A stretch of DNA of 64,000 bases, from the NCBI GenBank assembly GCA_047495785.1, contig JBLDXI010000002.1, positions 620,001 through 684,000 of the forward strand, given 5' to 3'. How positions within the stretch are numbered: position 1 is the first letter of the stretch; every line of letters begins with the position of its first letter. The notes beneath the pieces are model-generated. The model searched no databases. It was given only the letters and a program-made list of their open reading frames with translations, and had not been told where the DNA came from. This document shows, one piece after another, positions 49,627-62,299 of the stretch. A program made the position numbers and the translations under genes. This stretch comes from Lepidodermella squamata (Eukaryota > Animalia > Gastrotricha).

Positions 49627-52600
49627 TTACCATATTGAATAGAATGCGTAAATATTGAGAACTACGAAAAATATGATGACCAGGGTCAAGCTGATCAGAT
49701 CCATAGCTCTGGGTGCCGAGACGTGGACTTTCGATTGCAGGAGTGGTACTTTCATCTTTGAATAGTGCGTCTTGCAAAACCAAACCATGCCCATATCGAA
49801 CAGCGTAATCGCTGCCGTCATTCCAGTAAGAAACATGATATACTCGGCCAGTAAGATCTTCTGCGAGGTTTGAGGGACCTGCTTAACCACTTCTGATTGC
49901 GAAACAGTGAATGCGAGAAGGACCGTGCAACATAATACAGGCCGATCAGATCGATTAGGCGGCATGAGGAAACTTGAGAAAACAATGGCTGTTAGAACCA
50001 GACAAGGCGCCATGAGATTCGTCATGTGGTAGAAGGGTGACCGAGCGAAATGAAGCCGGGCCTTGCCAAAACTTGACGGGCTACCCAAAGCGATCATTGA
50101 ACTGGTATTTCCTATGTCATAGCTACTATTTGTTAATCGCCACTGATTGTTTTTCGACAAATCCGGAAATCGGACAAACACGCCGCCAAAAACCACGAAT
50201 TGAGCCGGTTCTTTCATCACGAAGGTGAAGTCGCAAATTTGTTCATCGAAAGGGAAGATGCGGAGATTCAGCTCACATTTCGATATGAAGATCCCGAGCC
50301 GGGTCCAGTAGAAGAACAAATCGCGATAAGGTTTTTCAGGTATATACAAAATCTGCATGTCACTACCGTATTCATTTGCCTGCATGAAAACGTCATCGCT
50401 TGAATTCGCGAAGATCAAAGTAGGCCGCCAAACTAGAGCAGGGTCAGTCACAAGAACCCGCTCTTTTTCATTCGCACCAGGTGCGGTGTAGTTGGCAGAG
50501 CAAGACGTGACCTGCCATTGAAGCGTGATCGAAGCCGCAATCGAGATAGTCTCTGAGATATCGTTTATCTCAAGAAGCCGATCAATTCCCATTCTGAAGT
50601 AGATCAAAGTTGCCGTGTCTGGATTGGGTCCTCTTACATTAGGCTGGACGTAGTCACATTGCATTATGTCGCGGACAGTTACTGTTGGAACGGCACTGCC
50701 TTTAACCAGAGCAGGAATTGGGAATTTCGTTTCGTCACTGGCTAATTCTGCATAAATGTACGGGGTAGTTGAAGGCTCGGATGTTGAAGAAGTTCCAGAA
50801 GACGCTGCCCTAGTCGTTGTTTGCATTGTAGTTGAAGTTGAAACAACGGCGTTAGTTACGGTCGTCGTCGCGGCAGCTGTGGCGGTAAGAGGAACGGTAG
50901 CAGCAGAACTAACTGCTGCGCTAGAACTAGAAGCTGAGCCCAAAGTGCTAGCCAAGGTTGCTGCAGGAGATGTACCCATACTAGTCGTTACAGAGCTTGT
51001 CGAGTCAGCGGCCGTTGTCGGAGCAGCAGTTGTTGTTGGAGTATCAGTTGTTGTAGTAGTGGTAGTCGTGGTACTTGTCGTTGTCTCTGGAACTATAGTA
51101 GTTGTTGTAGTCGTAGTATCAGTGGTGGTAGTGGAAGTACTTGGCGATGTCGTAGTCGTTGTACCTAAGAAATCAGCGTTATTCAATCCAAGCGATACAA
51201 CCCAACTTACCAGTTGGAGTAATGCTGAAGAAATTCACGTATTCTGTTTCAGAATCAGCTGACCTAGCGCTGCTATACTGTCCGATCTGAAGTTTCGCCC
51301 CGGATTGTATGACAGACGCCAATCCAGGAACTGGGACATTCGAGTAGCAAACTAAGGGTTGCTCGTAGCTATATTTAAAGGCTATTGACATCTGTTCAAA
51401 CGAATATTAGCAATATCGTCAAAGTTGCACTATATCATTACCGTTAGGAGATCGTTGATAACTTGAATTGTGAAGTAAGCAGTTTTGGGATACCCAATCA
51501 TTGCATTTTTAACAGTGCCCAAATTGTAACCAGTGCAAGAACTGCATTGCTTAACGCTGCCTGTTGCAAGTCCAACGTTGGTTTGGGTGGTCGACGAAAA
51601 CACCAGGTTATGGTCGTATAGAACAGGGAAATCGTTGCTCATTGCCAAAGTAATGCCCATCCATAGACCTCGGATGGTTGAAATCGAATTCATCCCTAGG
51701 ATAGACGCTGCGAAAAAAGACGAAAAAAAGTTACGCAAGATATTTGAGAGTTTGTAGAATTTTTACCTGAGCTCATCGGTAGACTGATGCTACTGTCGAT
51801 AATTGCGATGATAAGCTTGACATCCCCAGCCGGTGAAAACATAAAATTAACGATGCGGTGAGCAACTTCTAGCCTGAAGTGATTCAAGCTTGTTGGTAAG
51901 ATCTTGGAAAAAAGCTTTATGAAGTAAATCATTCAGTCACCCAATTTTACCATTTGTGACACAATGTTGCCCTCAACGTTAGGCTGATACGGGGTCAAAT
52001 AGACTGAGGTATTCAAAGTTGCTTGGTCGAATAGATTATACTTGAACGAATCTATTAAACAAATCCTGTGAAATACGCCTATTAAATCTTAAAACTGACT
52101 TGTTGGGGTGATTGATGGGCTAAACGAGTAGTCACTTAGATAAGCCTCTGTTCCGCCAAGTTGAAGAAATCTGGTATCCGCAGTTTGCGCGGCAGGGTCT
52201 AAATTGTAGGCCGTTGAATATTCGGCAAAATTTTAGTCTCAGACCTACCTGGGGCTGAAACTTGAGCTGATGGAAGATCGAAGAACCACAGCCTCGGAAT
52301 TCGAATGACAGCATTGTAGCCTTGAAACGCGGCAACAGCGACTTGAAATCCTGACGAAAGGATACTTGAAATCGCCGAAATATCAGCATGGGAAAAGCAG
52401 TAATCTGGCATAACCTGACTGCCAGAGTACATCACAACGGTAAGCTTAGATCCAACTGATTGCAGCACTATTTTGATCGAGGAAGGAACAGGACTGGTAA
52501 TCGAGCATAAACTGCATTGGACAACATTGCCAGACGGTATTGTAATAGCCGTCGAGGTCGAATAGGCATTCAGGTACGCCCGCCCACCGTTGCAAATGCT

Positions 52601-55173
52601 CAGGAGAAAAACAAGCCCGAGAGATTGCCCGAGCTGGTTTGAGGTCGATATGTCAAGCGTTACTGATCTATCCTGTAGTATCAAGCCAAAAATAGCACAG
52701 TTATCGCCATACGACGGGGTGTGTGTGACTGCCAGATCTACTTCGATCCGAAAATTAGTCGTGGTATAAATCTGTTAATTGGAGAAGAATGATTGATTTA
52801 TTACAACTATCGAAATAAAATATACGGTTTGTGAAATCAGGTAGCCTTGTAGTCCCCCGGGATAGGTTGCTGTGACGAGGAGACCGGTTGATGAATTGTC
52901 TGGGGTGAGATGCGCGTCCCACTTTGTCGCTCGAACGGCATGACCGGTCAAATCATAGTCGAACGACAAATCCTTTTGATACGTTGCAGAGTTGTACTTT
53001 CTCGGGAGTTCTAGAAGTGAAGATCTCGGTACAGGCGACGGGGCCATGTACTCAGTGGTGGTTGATGGTGGGGTAGTAGTAGTTGTTGTTGACTCAGTGG
53101 TGGTTGATGGTGGGGTGGTAGTTGTTGTTGTTGACTCAGTGGTCGTTGATGGTGAGCTAGTTGTTGTTGTAGTCGTTGTAGTTGTGGCGGAGGGAGCGGC
53201 TGTTGTAGCAGGAGGCGAACCTTCATTAAAACGCGAGGAAATCAAATTTTGAAAGATCGAAATAAGAGCTCATAGGACTACCTGATGGTGTTATGCCAAA
53301 CAATGAAATATCCGTGATTTCAACGGTACCAGCCGTTCCTTTGTTAAGCTGGCTGATTTGAAGTGACGCTCCCCCTGCGATAATATCTGCAAGCCCATAG
53401 ACCGGGAATTTGTTATAGCAAACAATTGGCTGGTAATCCCCAGACGTTGTGAAAGTCATCTAGTAAAAGGTAAGCAGAGGTAAGCATTTGTTTGGCTAGA
53501 AGTGGAAACTTACTGTAAGCTCGTCGTAGTAAACCTCTATTGTCAAATGCGGATGTTGTGGATAGTTAGAAGAATCGTAGTGAAAACTGCTGAAACCAAG
53601 ATTTGAACACGAACTACATTGAACTGCGACGTTGCCATTTAAGTCCAGATTGCTCTGATAGGTAGGCGAAAACACCAGCTCGTTATTATACATTCCGTTG
53701 TCCATTCCCAGTGAGACGTTCAGCCAGAGGCCACGAAGTTCCATAAAAGATCGGTATGCATCAACATCACCTTTGCAAGAAGAGCGATACCAATTATAGG
53801 ACAATTTTATCGCTCAAACCTGCTAAAATCGGGGTTGATGCCGAGCGGTGAATGATTGCGACTATCAGTCTGATGTCGTCTAGAGTTAAAGGGTTGTAGT
53901 ACGGGATCCAGAATCCGATCTCGATGCGGAAACTTGAATAAGTAGGCGGGATATACTGAAAACAACAGCTGTGATATACTGAAGTGAAATTCCTGTGAGT
54001 TTTACCTGTTGAGACAACATTATCCCCTCGGCGTTTGTTGAGTTCGGTACCAAAATGATAGCGTCCTGTGATGGACTTTTGATAACCGTGGGAAGGATTT
54101 TAGAATATTTGAAGTTCGAAGCTTGGTGAAATCAGAAGTATAGGTTGTTTGCAATTTAGGAAACTACAAGTTCTTACCAATCGTTGCTGGCGTGAACGAG
54201 AAGTCGGAATCGTACGTATATGTTCCACCAACTGGTAGAAAAGCAGGATCCGGGGTCATAGATGCAGGAGCTGGAACAAAAATTATCGCTGAAGGAACTA
54301 TTTCATTACACTTTTTCGACAACATACCTGGCTTATCGGTTATGCCTAATTCAAACACCAGAAACCGTTCAATCCTTATTACAGTGTTATAGGCCTTGAA
54401 AACAGCCATCGATAGCTTCAAGCCATCGTTGGTGATACTGGATGATGATGTATCGGCGTGCGAGAAGCAGTAATCGGGAAATCCCATATTGTCGTAGTAA
54501 AGAACGGCAGTAAATCTGCTCATAACGTTTTGAAGGACCAATTTGATTGAACTTGGCGCGGGATCGGGCAGACTACACGAGCTGCAAGAAGCCAAATTAC
54601 TCACTGGCGTCGATATTGTAACAGAGCTACCAGCGGTGTAGCCGTAGGCACGGCCGCCAGCGCAAATTTTCAAGAAAAACGCCAACCCATCCATTGTAAC
54701 TCGATCGGGTGGGCTCACTTGAACAGTGCTGATTAGCGGATAATTCAAGATGAAGCTGAAAATTGTGCAGAAATCGCCGTTTGTTGGTGTGTATGTGATG
54801 GCAAGGTCTACTTCTACTCGCCAATTCGCCAAACTAAACTCCTGCGGTGGAAAAATCAAATTCAGAAAGTGCGCAGTTTCAACTTGAGACTAATTACACC
54901 AGAAGTGGTCATGTAACTTTGCTCGGGTCCCGGGCTGGCAGAAGTGATAACGTAACCACTCGAAGTGTTCGATGTAACCATGACATTGGCCCAATTGTCG
55001 CTTCTGATGCCTTTCATTGAAGTCGCATAGTCGAACGATGCAGTGTCGGTGTAAGTAGCCATGTAGTGCCGCTGAGGCAGGCTGAGCAAGTTTTCCCTAG
55101 GAGTAGGATTTACAGCGAACACAGTTACCCGACCAACAGTCCATAAGAAGGAGATCGCAAATACCCCAAACAT
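49627..55173 (-). CDS. pLGIC-7: signal peptide - 4 lectin-like domains - stalk - Cys-loop LBD - 4 TM (stalk+LBD+TM in one exon); no CBM1
   Basis: MFGVFAISFLWTVGRVTVFAVNP; MDGLAFFLKIC. Uninterrupted ORF 49627..51186 carries the Cys-loop CELNLRIFPFDEQIC and M2 DRPVLCCTVLLAFTV. Confidence 0.85.
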
Positions 55174-55358
55174 TTTTTTATTTAAACACAAATAAAAATC
55201 CCAACTTCGAGCCAACTTTATTTATAGTCTCCCCAGAAAAAATCGCTAAGCATGAAATGCGCAATGTTAAGTGATTTTAATAATTCATTCCGATTAAATT
55301 GAAAAGGTCGATTTCCTCTGGGAAACTCCATGGTTGCAATTAAATGCTACCAATTTTT

Positions 55359-58300
55359 TCACCAGACGCAGCTAAAAGCGTAGATATTGACAACGGCGAA
55401 CACGAAAATGGCCAACGCCAACGCAATCAGATCCAAAGCTCGCGATGCTTCGATTTTCATGCCATCATAAAACACTGACATGTCCCGTTTGGATAATTCG
55501 CTTTTGCAAAACCAAATCATCGCCATGTCGTAGAGCGTGATGACAGCAGTGAGTCCGGTGAAGAAGAAAATATACTCGGCCAGCATGATTTTCTGTGACG
55601 TTTGGGGTACTTCCTTCAAAACTTGAGATTGCGCCACTGTGAACGCTAGCAAAATCGTGCAGACTAGGACAGGCCGATCAGCGCGACTGGGTGGCATGAG
55701 AAAACTGCCATAGACAATGATGAGAAGCACAAAACACGGAGCTAAGAGATTCGCGATGTGGTAGTACGGATTTCTCGAAAAGCGAAGCTTTAGGCTCGCA
55801 TAGCTTGACTGATTCGCCAGAGAAATAACAGATTCAGTATAACCGTAAGTCAAACTTGATTTCTTGAGTTGCCACTGCCCGTTTGGCGACGTTTCAAACT
55901 TGGTCGCGTAAAATTGGGCAAATTCAACGAAATGGCTTGGCTCTTTGAGGACGAAAGTGAAATCACACGTTTGTTCATCGAATGGGAAAGCTCTGATTTC
56001 AAGCTCACACTTCGACCTTAAAATACCATTACGGGTCCAGTAAAAATAGAGGTCTCGAAAAGGATTGTATGGTAGGTAAAGAATTTGCATATCGCTCCCG
56101 TAATTGCTCACATCCATAAACACGTCATCACTTGAATTTACGAAGATCATCTAAAATGAGGAAGTCGTATTTTAATAACCGCAGAATAGGGATTTTCCTT
56201 ACATCGGGTGTCCAAACATCTCCAGCGTTAACAACTATGACCCGTTCACTTTCTTCAACCCCAGGGGCAGTGTAGTCGCTTGAACAAGTCGAAACCCGCC
56301 ATTGAAGATATAGTGAAGCTGAAATTGCGATGGTTTCCTTCAAGTCATCAATTTCCACCAATCGGTCAACTGTTAGAGTGAAAATGAGGCCCGTGGATGC
56401 ATCAGGATCTGGGGCTCGAACTTTTGGCTGGACAAAGGGGCAATCGAGAAGGGACTCGAGGGTCACAAGAGGGATTGCATTGCCTTTAATGAGGTCAGGA
56501 AATGCGAAATCCGAATCCCTGTCAATCGAGGTCACGTTTTTCTTGACCGTGGACGTAGAAGTGGAAACAGCCTTGGTACTTGATGGAATCGTAATTGATA
56601 TCGGGTTGGTGGAACTTGTAGAAGATCCAACAGACGACGTCGCGCTGTTCTTAGTTGTAGAGGAAATTGTTGAAGTCTTCAAAGTGGAAGTTGTTGCGAC
56701 GCTTGAGCTCGTGGACGCTAGGGAAGTTAAACCGCTCGAAGTCTTGGCTGCTGTTGAAGTTTCCAAAGAGCTAGTCGATGTCGAAGGGCTAGAGGTCACA
56801 GTCGAGGAGGTTTCTGTAGCCGTTGTTGTCTTAGTCGTGGACAGACTAGTACTGGCTGTCGAGACTGACGTTGTTACCGATGTTGAAGTAGTCGATGTTG
56901 ACGTTGTTACATCCTGGGTAGTAGACTGGGTACTTGTCGAAGGGGTGGCAGGAGGTGTTCCGCCTTAAAATAAAGAGATCAGTAGTTATCCTTTCTCCTC
57001 CCTCGTTTCTTACCTTCGCCTAAGATCGCGAAGTATTTAAGCTTCTTCACGGTCACTGTGCCAATATTAGCCGCATTGTATTGGCCGATTTGTAAGACAC
57101 TGTTACCCTGGGCAATCATGCTACCCATTCCTGCGATGTGGAGATTCGAATAGCAGACAGTTGCAGCATCGTAGTAACCAGGCAATGTCAAAGAAACCTG
57201 AAATCAAAGGGATGACAAACATTGTGAAGAACAGTTTGATTAATTTACAGAAAGTTTATCGTTGAAAACTTCCAGAGTTAGAATCGCGTCACTTGCCATC
57301 TGGGTGTATGAATAACCGCTGGCAATACAGGATTGGCAGCTAGGCTGAGCGTTACTTATCAAGTCGTAGTTATCCACTGTATTAGCAGAGAAGAGGATTG
57401 TATTGTCAGGCGATGAATTTATCCCAAAGCTCATCCAAAGACCTCGAAATCTTGATAATTTCGAAGTAGCGTAAATATCGGCTATAAGAGACCCCAGTTC
57501 ACGAAATCCTATTCTAAAAAGCTGTCACTTACCAGCTTGGAGAGGTAATGATAAGGAATTATCAAGCATTGCGAAAATAAATCGTCCCGTTGCGCCGTAA
57601 GCGTAGAAATTCGCAACTGTGAATGTCATTTCAATGCGGAAATTTGACCCGTATGAAGGCAATGTCTTTTGTGAGAAAATATTCCCTTCACTATTTGAAG
57701 AAACCTGAACGAGAACTACAGAGCCACTGCTAGTTGAGGCTGCCCCGTAACTGGTATAGTAAAAACTGGGAGCTGTCGAACGAAAATCAAATTACAAGCT
57801 GTTTTCATGTCGAAAAGATTACTCACATCCGATAGTTGATGAATCGAAGGACAAATCGCTTATGAAGTAGTCAGTGCCCCAAATAGGCAGAAGCTTCATA
57901 TCGGCGGATGTGCTAGCAGCAGCTGGCGCGTTAGTTGCTGCTATTTGGAAAAAACTAAATTTCGGAATTTTGATCACAGCGTTGTAGCCGTTCATTGCTA
58001 TCAGAGCAACTTTGAACCCCGAGGATGCCGTCATCGTGTTCATTCCACTGATCAATGTGTTCGAAAAGCAGTGTTCGGGGAAATCTGAGTTGTCGCTGAT
58101 TCCAACAATCGCGAGCCGCTCATTGATACTTTGAGCAGCGATTGTTACAGTCGAAGGGACGGGCGTGGGTAGTGTACAAGAATTACACCCCGGGATGTTA
58201 CCGGCAAAGTTGGAAACGGTCGAAGGGGATGTGGCAAATAGGCCAGCTGAGGTCCCTCCATCGCAGATCTTCAAGAAGAAACCCAGGCCTTTGAAGTTTC

Positions 58301-58909
58301 CAATCTGGTTAGGACCTATTACAATTTTCTCATTCATTGAAACATTTAAAAATTGCATCAGGTCAAACTCGATAGATCGATGTTGAAGGCTTGATCGATT
58401 AGAGCGATACCGAAAATAGCACATTCCCCAGCCGCTGTGGGGGTGTACTGCAGCTCTACGGTTGCTTCGAATCTCCAATTCAATGCGTACGAGGTCTATT
58501 GAAAGTTGATGACAAACTGGCTAATATAATGACAATGATGGCTAATATAAAACCAATACCGTGCCTGTCACAGCTGCGCCTTGTTGATTTCCCGGCGATG
58601 TTTCTGTTAGGAATAAGCCGTTCGACGAATTAGAAGCTGCGAGTTGAAGGTTCCATGCAGAACTTCTCAGGCCATAGCCATCTATTGTGAAGTCAAAGGA
58701 AAAAGCATCGAGGTAGGTTGCGCTCCAATAAGACGTAGGTAATGAAAGGAGGGCATTATTCGTAACAGAAGTAGCGAGAACACCTAAAAAAATTAATTAC
58801 ATACCATAGGCTTCTAAGTCAGTCAAACTGTGACGCAATGGAGCAAACCTTGAACTACGGCGAAAAGTAAGAATAACTTCTTGTACTTATGCTGGTTACT
58901 TAAATACAT
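55359..58909 (-). CDS. pLGIC-8: signal peptide - 2 lectin-like domains - stalk - Cys-loop LBD - 4 TM; no CBM1
   Basis: Exon 1 MYLSNQHKYKKLFLLFAVVQ|GVLATSVTNNALLSLPTSYWSATYLDAFSFDF; NFKGLGFFLKIC. Intron at VWTPD|MIFVN. Cys-loop CELEIRAFPFDEQTC. Confidence 0.83.
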
Positions 58910-59840
58910 TGTATTTAATACAATAAGTAAAAATGCTTCTTTCTAAGGCTATATGGTGACCTTTTACGTCAATTATCGTTGAATCGAGTATTGTACGTCA
59001 TTCGGATGGGCAAAACAGGGAGTTTCATGACGTCACTATCGATCGGAGTCCGCGTAAAAGCTTTGACCTCACTCGAGGCTGTCCGAGGCGCAGACAGCCT
59101 GAAAAATCAACGATTTCAAGGTAAAAAGCTGCTCCTGTTTGGACCTCTCTACTGCCCTGGATAATGAACCTTCGCATCTAACCTTGCCTATAATCATTTG
59201 AAATGCATTAACTCGGATCGGAGCGAGGTATGGAATTATTTTTGAGTGAATATCACCCGTTTGTTTTCGCGCAAAATGAATGAAAGGGTCCCCACAAAGC
59301 ACCAGGATAAACCAAAAAAGGCAGTACACGCCACGCAAAAATAAATCGAATTAATTACAATAAACGACTTTCGAAAAACGACTTTCTTGCCCAAATTGAG
59401 TTGCATTATGGAGTTTTCATGACTCATATTCCTCAATTTTTGGCGTGGAAAGCTAGAATAGTTGACCATCATGTTAGTCCATTGGTTGGAAATCAGAGGC
59501 TGAGCGCCTGAGCGCCTGCTGGGATGAATTTTAGCGCGTTTATCCTCGCGTTTATCAAGCCATCCTCAAGTTGGAGACCCTAATGAAAGCCATGTTTTTC
59601 GGCATGATTTTGATAATGATTTCCGATTTTCAACTCTGCAGCTTGCGAGCTTGATCATTGATCATGCTTGAAACTGTCAATCATTTGCAAAGGTTGAAAA
59701 GCTGTCTTAATACTATAAACTTGAATTTTCCTCGATGTCGAGAATCGACAGGATGGCTGATTCATTTTACTGTTTTCAGAGTTCGATGAAGCGTGACCAT
59801 AGTAGATAACGGCGTGCTCTTATTCACAGTTAGCAAGACA

Positions 59841-60028
59841 TCGTTAACGACCTTGAATAACTCGGATTTAGGCTTGTTTACGTCCCTTCCAAGGTCACTG
59901 GTGTCAAGTGAAAAATGGTTTTTTGACGTGAATGAAGAGGCGAAAACGGTAAACTTGTTACTCGACACCTATCACCTTGAAATAGCTGTAAACAAGCCTA
60001 AATCCGAGTTATTCAACGACGCTAACGA
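59841..60028. mobile_element. Foldback/MITE-like long imperfect palindrome (~190 bp)
   Basis: TCGTTAACGACCTTGAATAACTCGGATTTAGGCTTGTTTAC matches the reverse complement of the right end, TCGTTAGCGTCGTTGAATAACTCGGATTTAGGCTTGTTTAC. Weaker pairing continues inward for ~40 more bp. Confidence 0.7.
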
Positions 60029-60179
60029 CATATCATTTTCTAGGGCGCAACCTTGTGAAGTGTAAAGATAAGACTTTATTTGCAGATGATGTCTATTTTG
60101 AATGGAAGATGAATAACAAGGTACATGAAATCTGAAATCTGAAAAACAGGTCAGTTCTGAAAAACTTTTCAACAAAACT

Positions 60180-60758
60180 ATGAACAAAGTAGAGTCGCTG
60201 TTTCAAGCTACTAAATCAGGTGATGTCGAATCAGTTCGAAAACTACTCGACAGGGACAATAGCTTAGCATTGGAAAGAGATGAATGTGATGGACGGCATT
60301 CATTCTGGCGGCTGCAAGAGGATACTTCGAGTTCTCTTGAAAAAAGGTGCAGCTATCAATTGGCGGACAGCCGACGGATGGACAGCGCGCAATCAAGGAC
60401 GGCCACGTCGAATTAGCTCGTTCGGAGGGTGTGGACGTTAACGCATCTTGCAAGGGTGGACTGCTTTATTAATGCTTTATTGAGCGCTATAAGTTATGGA
60501 TATGCTGATATAGCTAGCCTTTTAGTCGAGGAAGGTGCGGACGTGAATGCCAGAAACAATGAAGGCTGGACACCGCTTATTTCAACAGCTAAAATAGGTT
60601 CTGTCGAAATATGTCGGATGTTGCTGGATGCCGGAGCGAAAAGCGACGCCTTCATAATCAAAGCTAATAATGCTAGATTTACAGCCTTACGTATGGCTAA
60701 GTATGGAAAATGGCCTGAAGTCATTGATTTATTGCTGAGTCGAGGTGCTCCGGAATGA
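60180..60758 (+). pseudogene. Frameshifted, internally deleted ankyrin-repeat gene, paralogue of 62300..63426
   Basis: MNKVESLFQATKSGDVESVRKLL matches MSRIDSFFQATNSGDVKSVRRLL. The frame breaks after ERDEC; the GWTAFILAAARGY repeat is in another frame; GWTPLISTAKIG resumes later. Confidence 0.7.
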
Positions 60759-61149
60759 ACATATTACAAATATTTCGGTAGTTTTTCGGGATTTCTACCG
60801 AAAAAGTACCTCTTAACTACCGCAAGACTACCGCAATGAGAAACAAATCACAAATATGACCTAAAAGGCGTCCTTTTGACCATAATTAACAAAATATCGA
60901 TTATCTAGCCGATTTACGTTGGAAAACTTAATATTTCAGCCAACAATAATTAATTTCGCTTGAAAATTATAAGAGGCCGCAATGACCTGATTTTCATTCA
61001 TTATGAGTGCAATACGCGAATATTTCTCATTTCTCCAGCGTAAGTGGCATTATGAATGAGGTTATATGATCACGTGGCCGAGTACTGCCATTAATAAGTA
61101 ATAAAATGTAAACAACTATGATAGCAATACATTTTTTATTATTACTAAG

Positions 61150-61418
61150 GCGGCCATTTCGAGATAGCTCGCTTACTTAACGAGAAAGGCGCGGACGTGA
61201 ATACCAGCAACAATGAGGGCTGGACACCACTCATTTCAGCCGTTTTCATGGGTTCTGCAGAAATATGTGAGCTTTTGCTAGATCGCGGAGCGGAAGTCAA
61301 CGCCTTCGTAAGAGTCACATCAAAGAAAAAAGCTAAATTTACAGCTTTGCGTATGGCTAGATGGCGAAATTGTCCAACAATTGTCAATTTGCTGCTGAAT
61401 CGTGGCGCTGCATTGTAA
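61150..61418 (+). pseudogene. Ankyrin-repeat 3' fragment (duplicate of the C-terminal part of the neighbouring ankyrin genes); could be an alternative last exon
   Basis: GHFEIARLLNEKGADVNTSNNEGWTPLISAVFMG...FTALRMA parallels 60429..60758. No N-terminal part. Another remnant (GATGGACGGCATTGATTCTAGCGGCT) lies at ~61913. Confidence 0.55.
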
Positions 61419-62299
61419 ATGGCAACACATTTGTTTGATCGACCTGATGTAGCCTGAGCCCTGAGCTTGGCAGATTAAACAGAATTAAACAACAAAGTCA
61501 ATACAAGAATAGTTTGGCGAAGCTTTTGCATTAGAAAGGTTATAGCGTCCTAGCTACGTCTCATGTATTTTCCGGCGTCCGGCCTTCGGCTGCGCCTCGG
61601 CCCTACATAGCGAGCCTTAAGGCCAATATCTATCGTGCTATCCACCTATGATATCCACCCGGATATTGTATACTATTATGGCGCAAACCCCGTGGAGTGT
61701 ACAGATGAGACTATATTTGCGCATCATGTCAATTTTGAATGGACGATGAATACTGACCACGCTGATTTTGATCCTGCAATACGGATTCTTTTAATCATCA
61801 TTGCGGATTGCAATACCAAGATCGAGCATCTCGAGCCTGGAATTAGCACATATAAGAGGCGAAACATCACGTTTTTTCGTAAAAATCGAAAATGTTCGAA
61901 CGACGAACGACGGATGGACGGCATTGATTCTAGCGGCTTGAAGGTAAGGTCGGTTGACTTGCATTGAATTGTAATGCTGTTCGGTATTTGAAATATTTCT
62001 CCTGTCTCCTATGTTCGCTTCGCACGTTTTTCAGTCGAAGCATATATTAGTTTTGTGGTCATGTTACAGTGATGAGAAGTTGATTCATTTTGTTCAGAGA
62101 AGAATGATTCTTTTATCTATAATCTCAGCAGGCTTTTTCCTATCGTCAGCAACAAATATCAAACCTCGGGGCTTGAAAAGATAAGAGTTTATTTTTCACT
62201 TTGTGGCCATTATTATTCATATTAAATAGAAGATGAATACACTGTGGGTATAAAACCAAATGTTGCGATTGAGCACGCGTAACAAAGCAAAACCTCAAA

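Noticed and set aside
39254-58909. Assigning nAChR alpha-subunit gene symbols
   Set aside because: No vicinal Cys in loop C and no loop B Trp; orthology cannot be established by eye.
61575-61625. GC-rich GGCCTTCGGC...CCTCGGCC hairpin as a Helitron end or terminator
   Set aside because: Too short, and no matching element end or CTRR terminus could be established.
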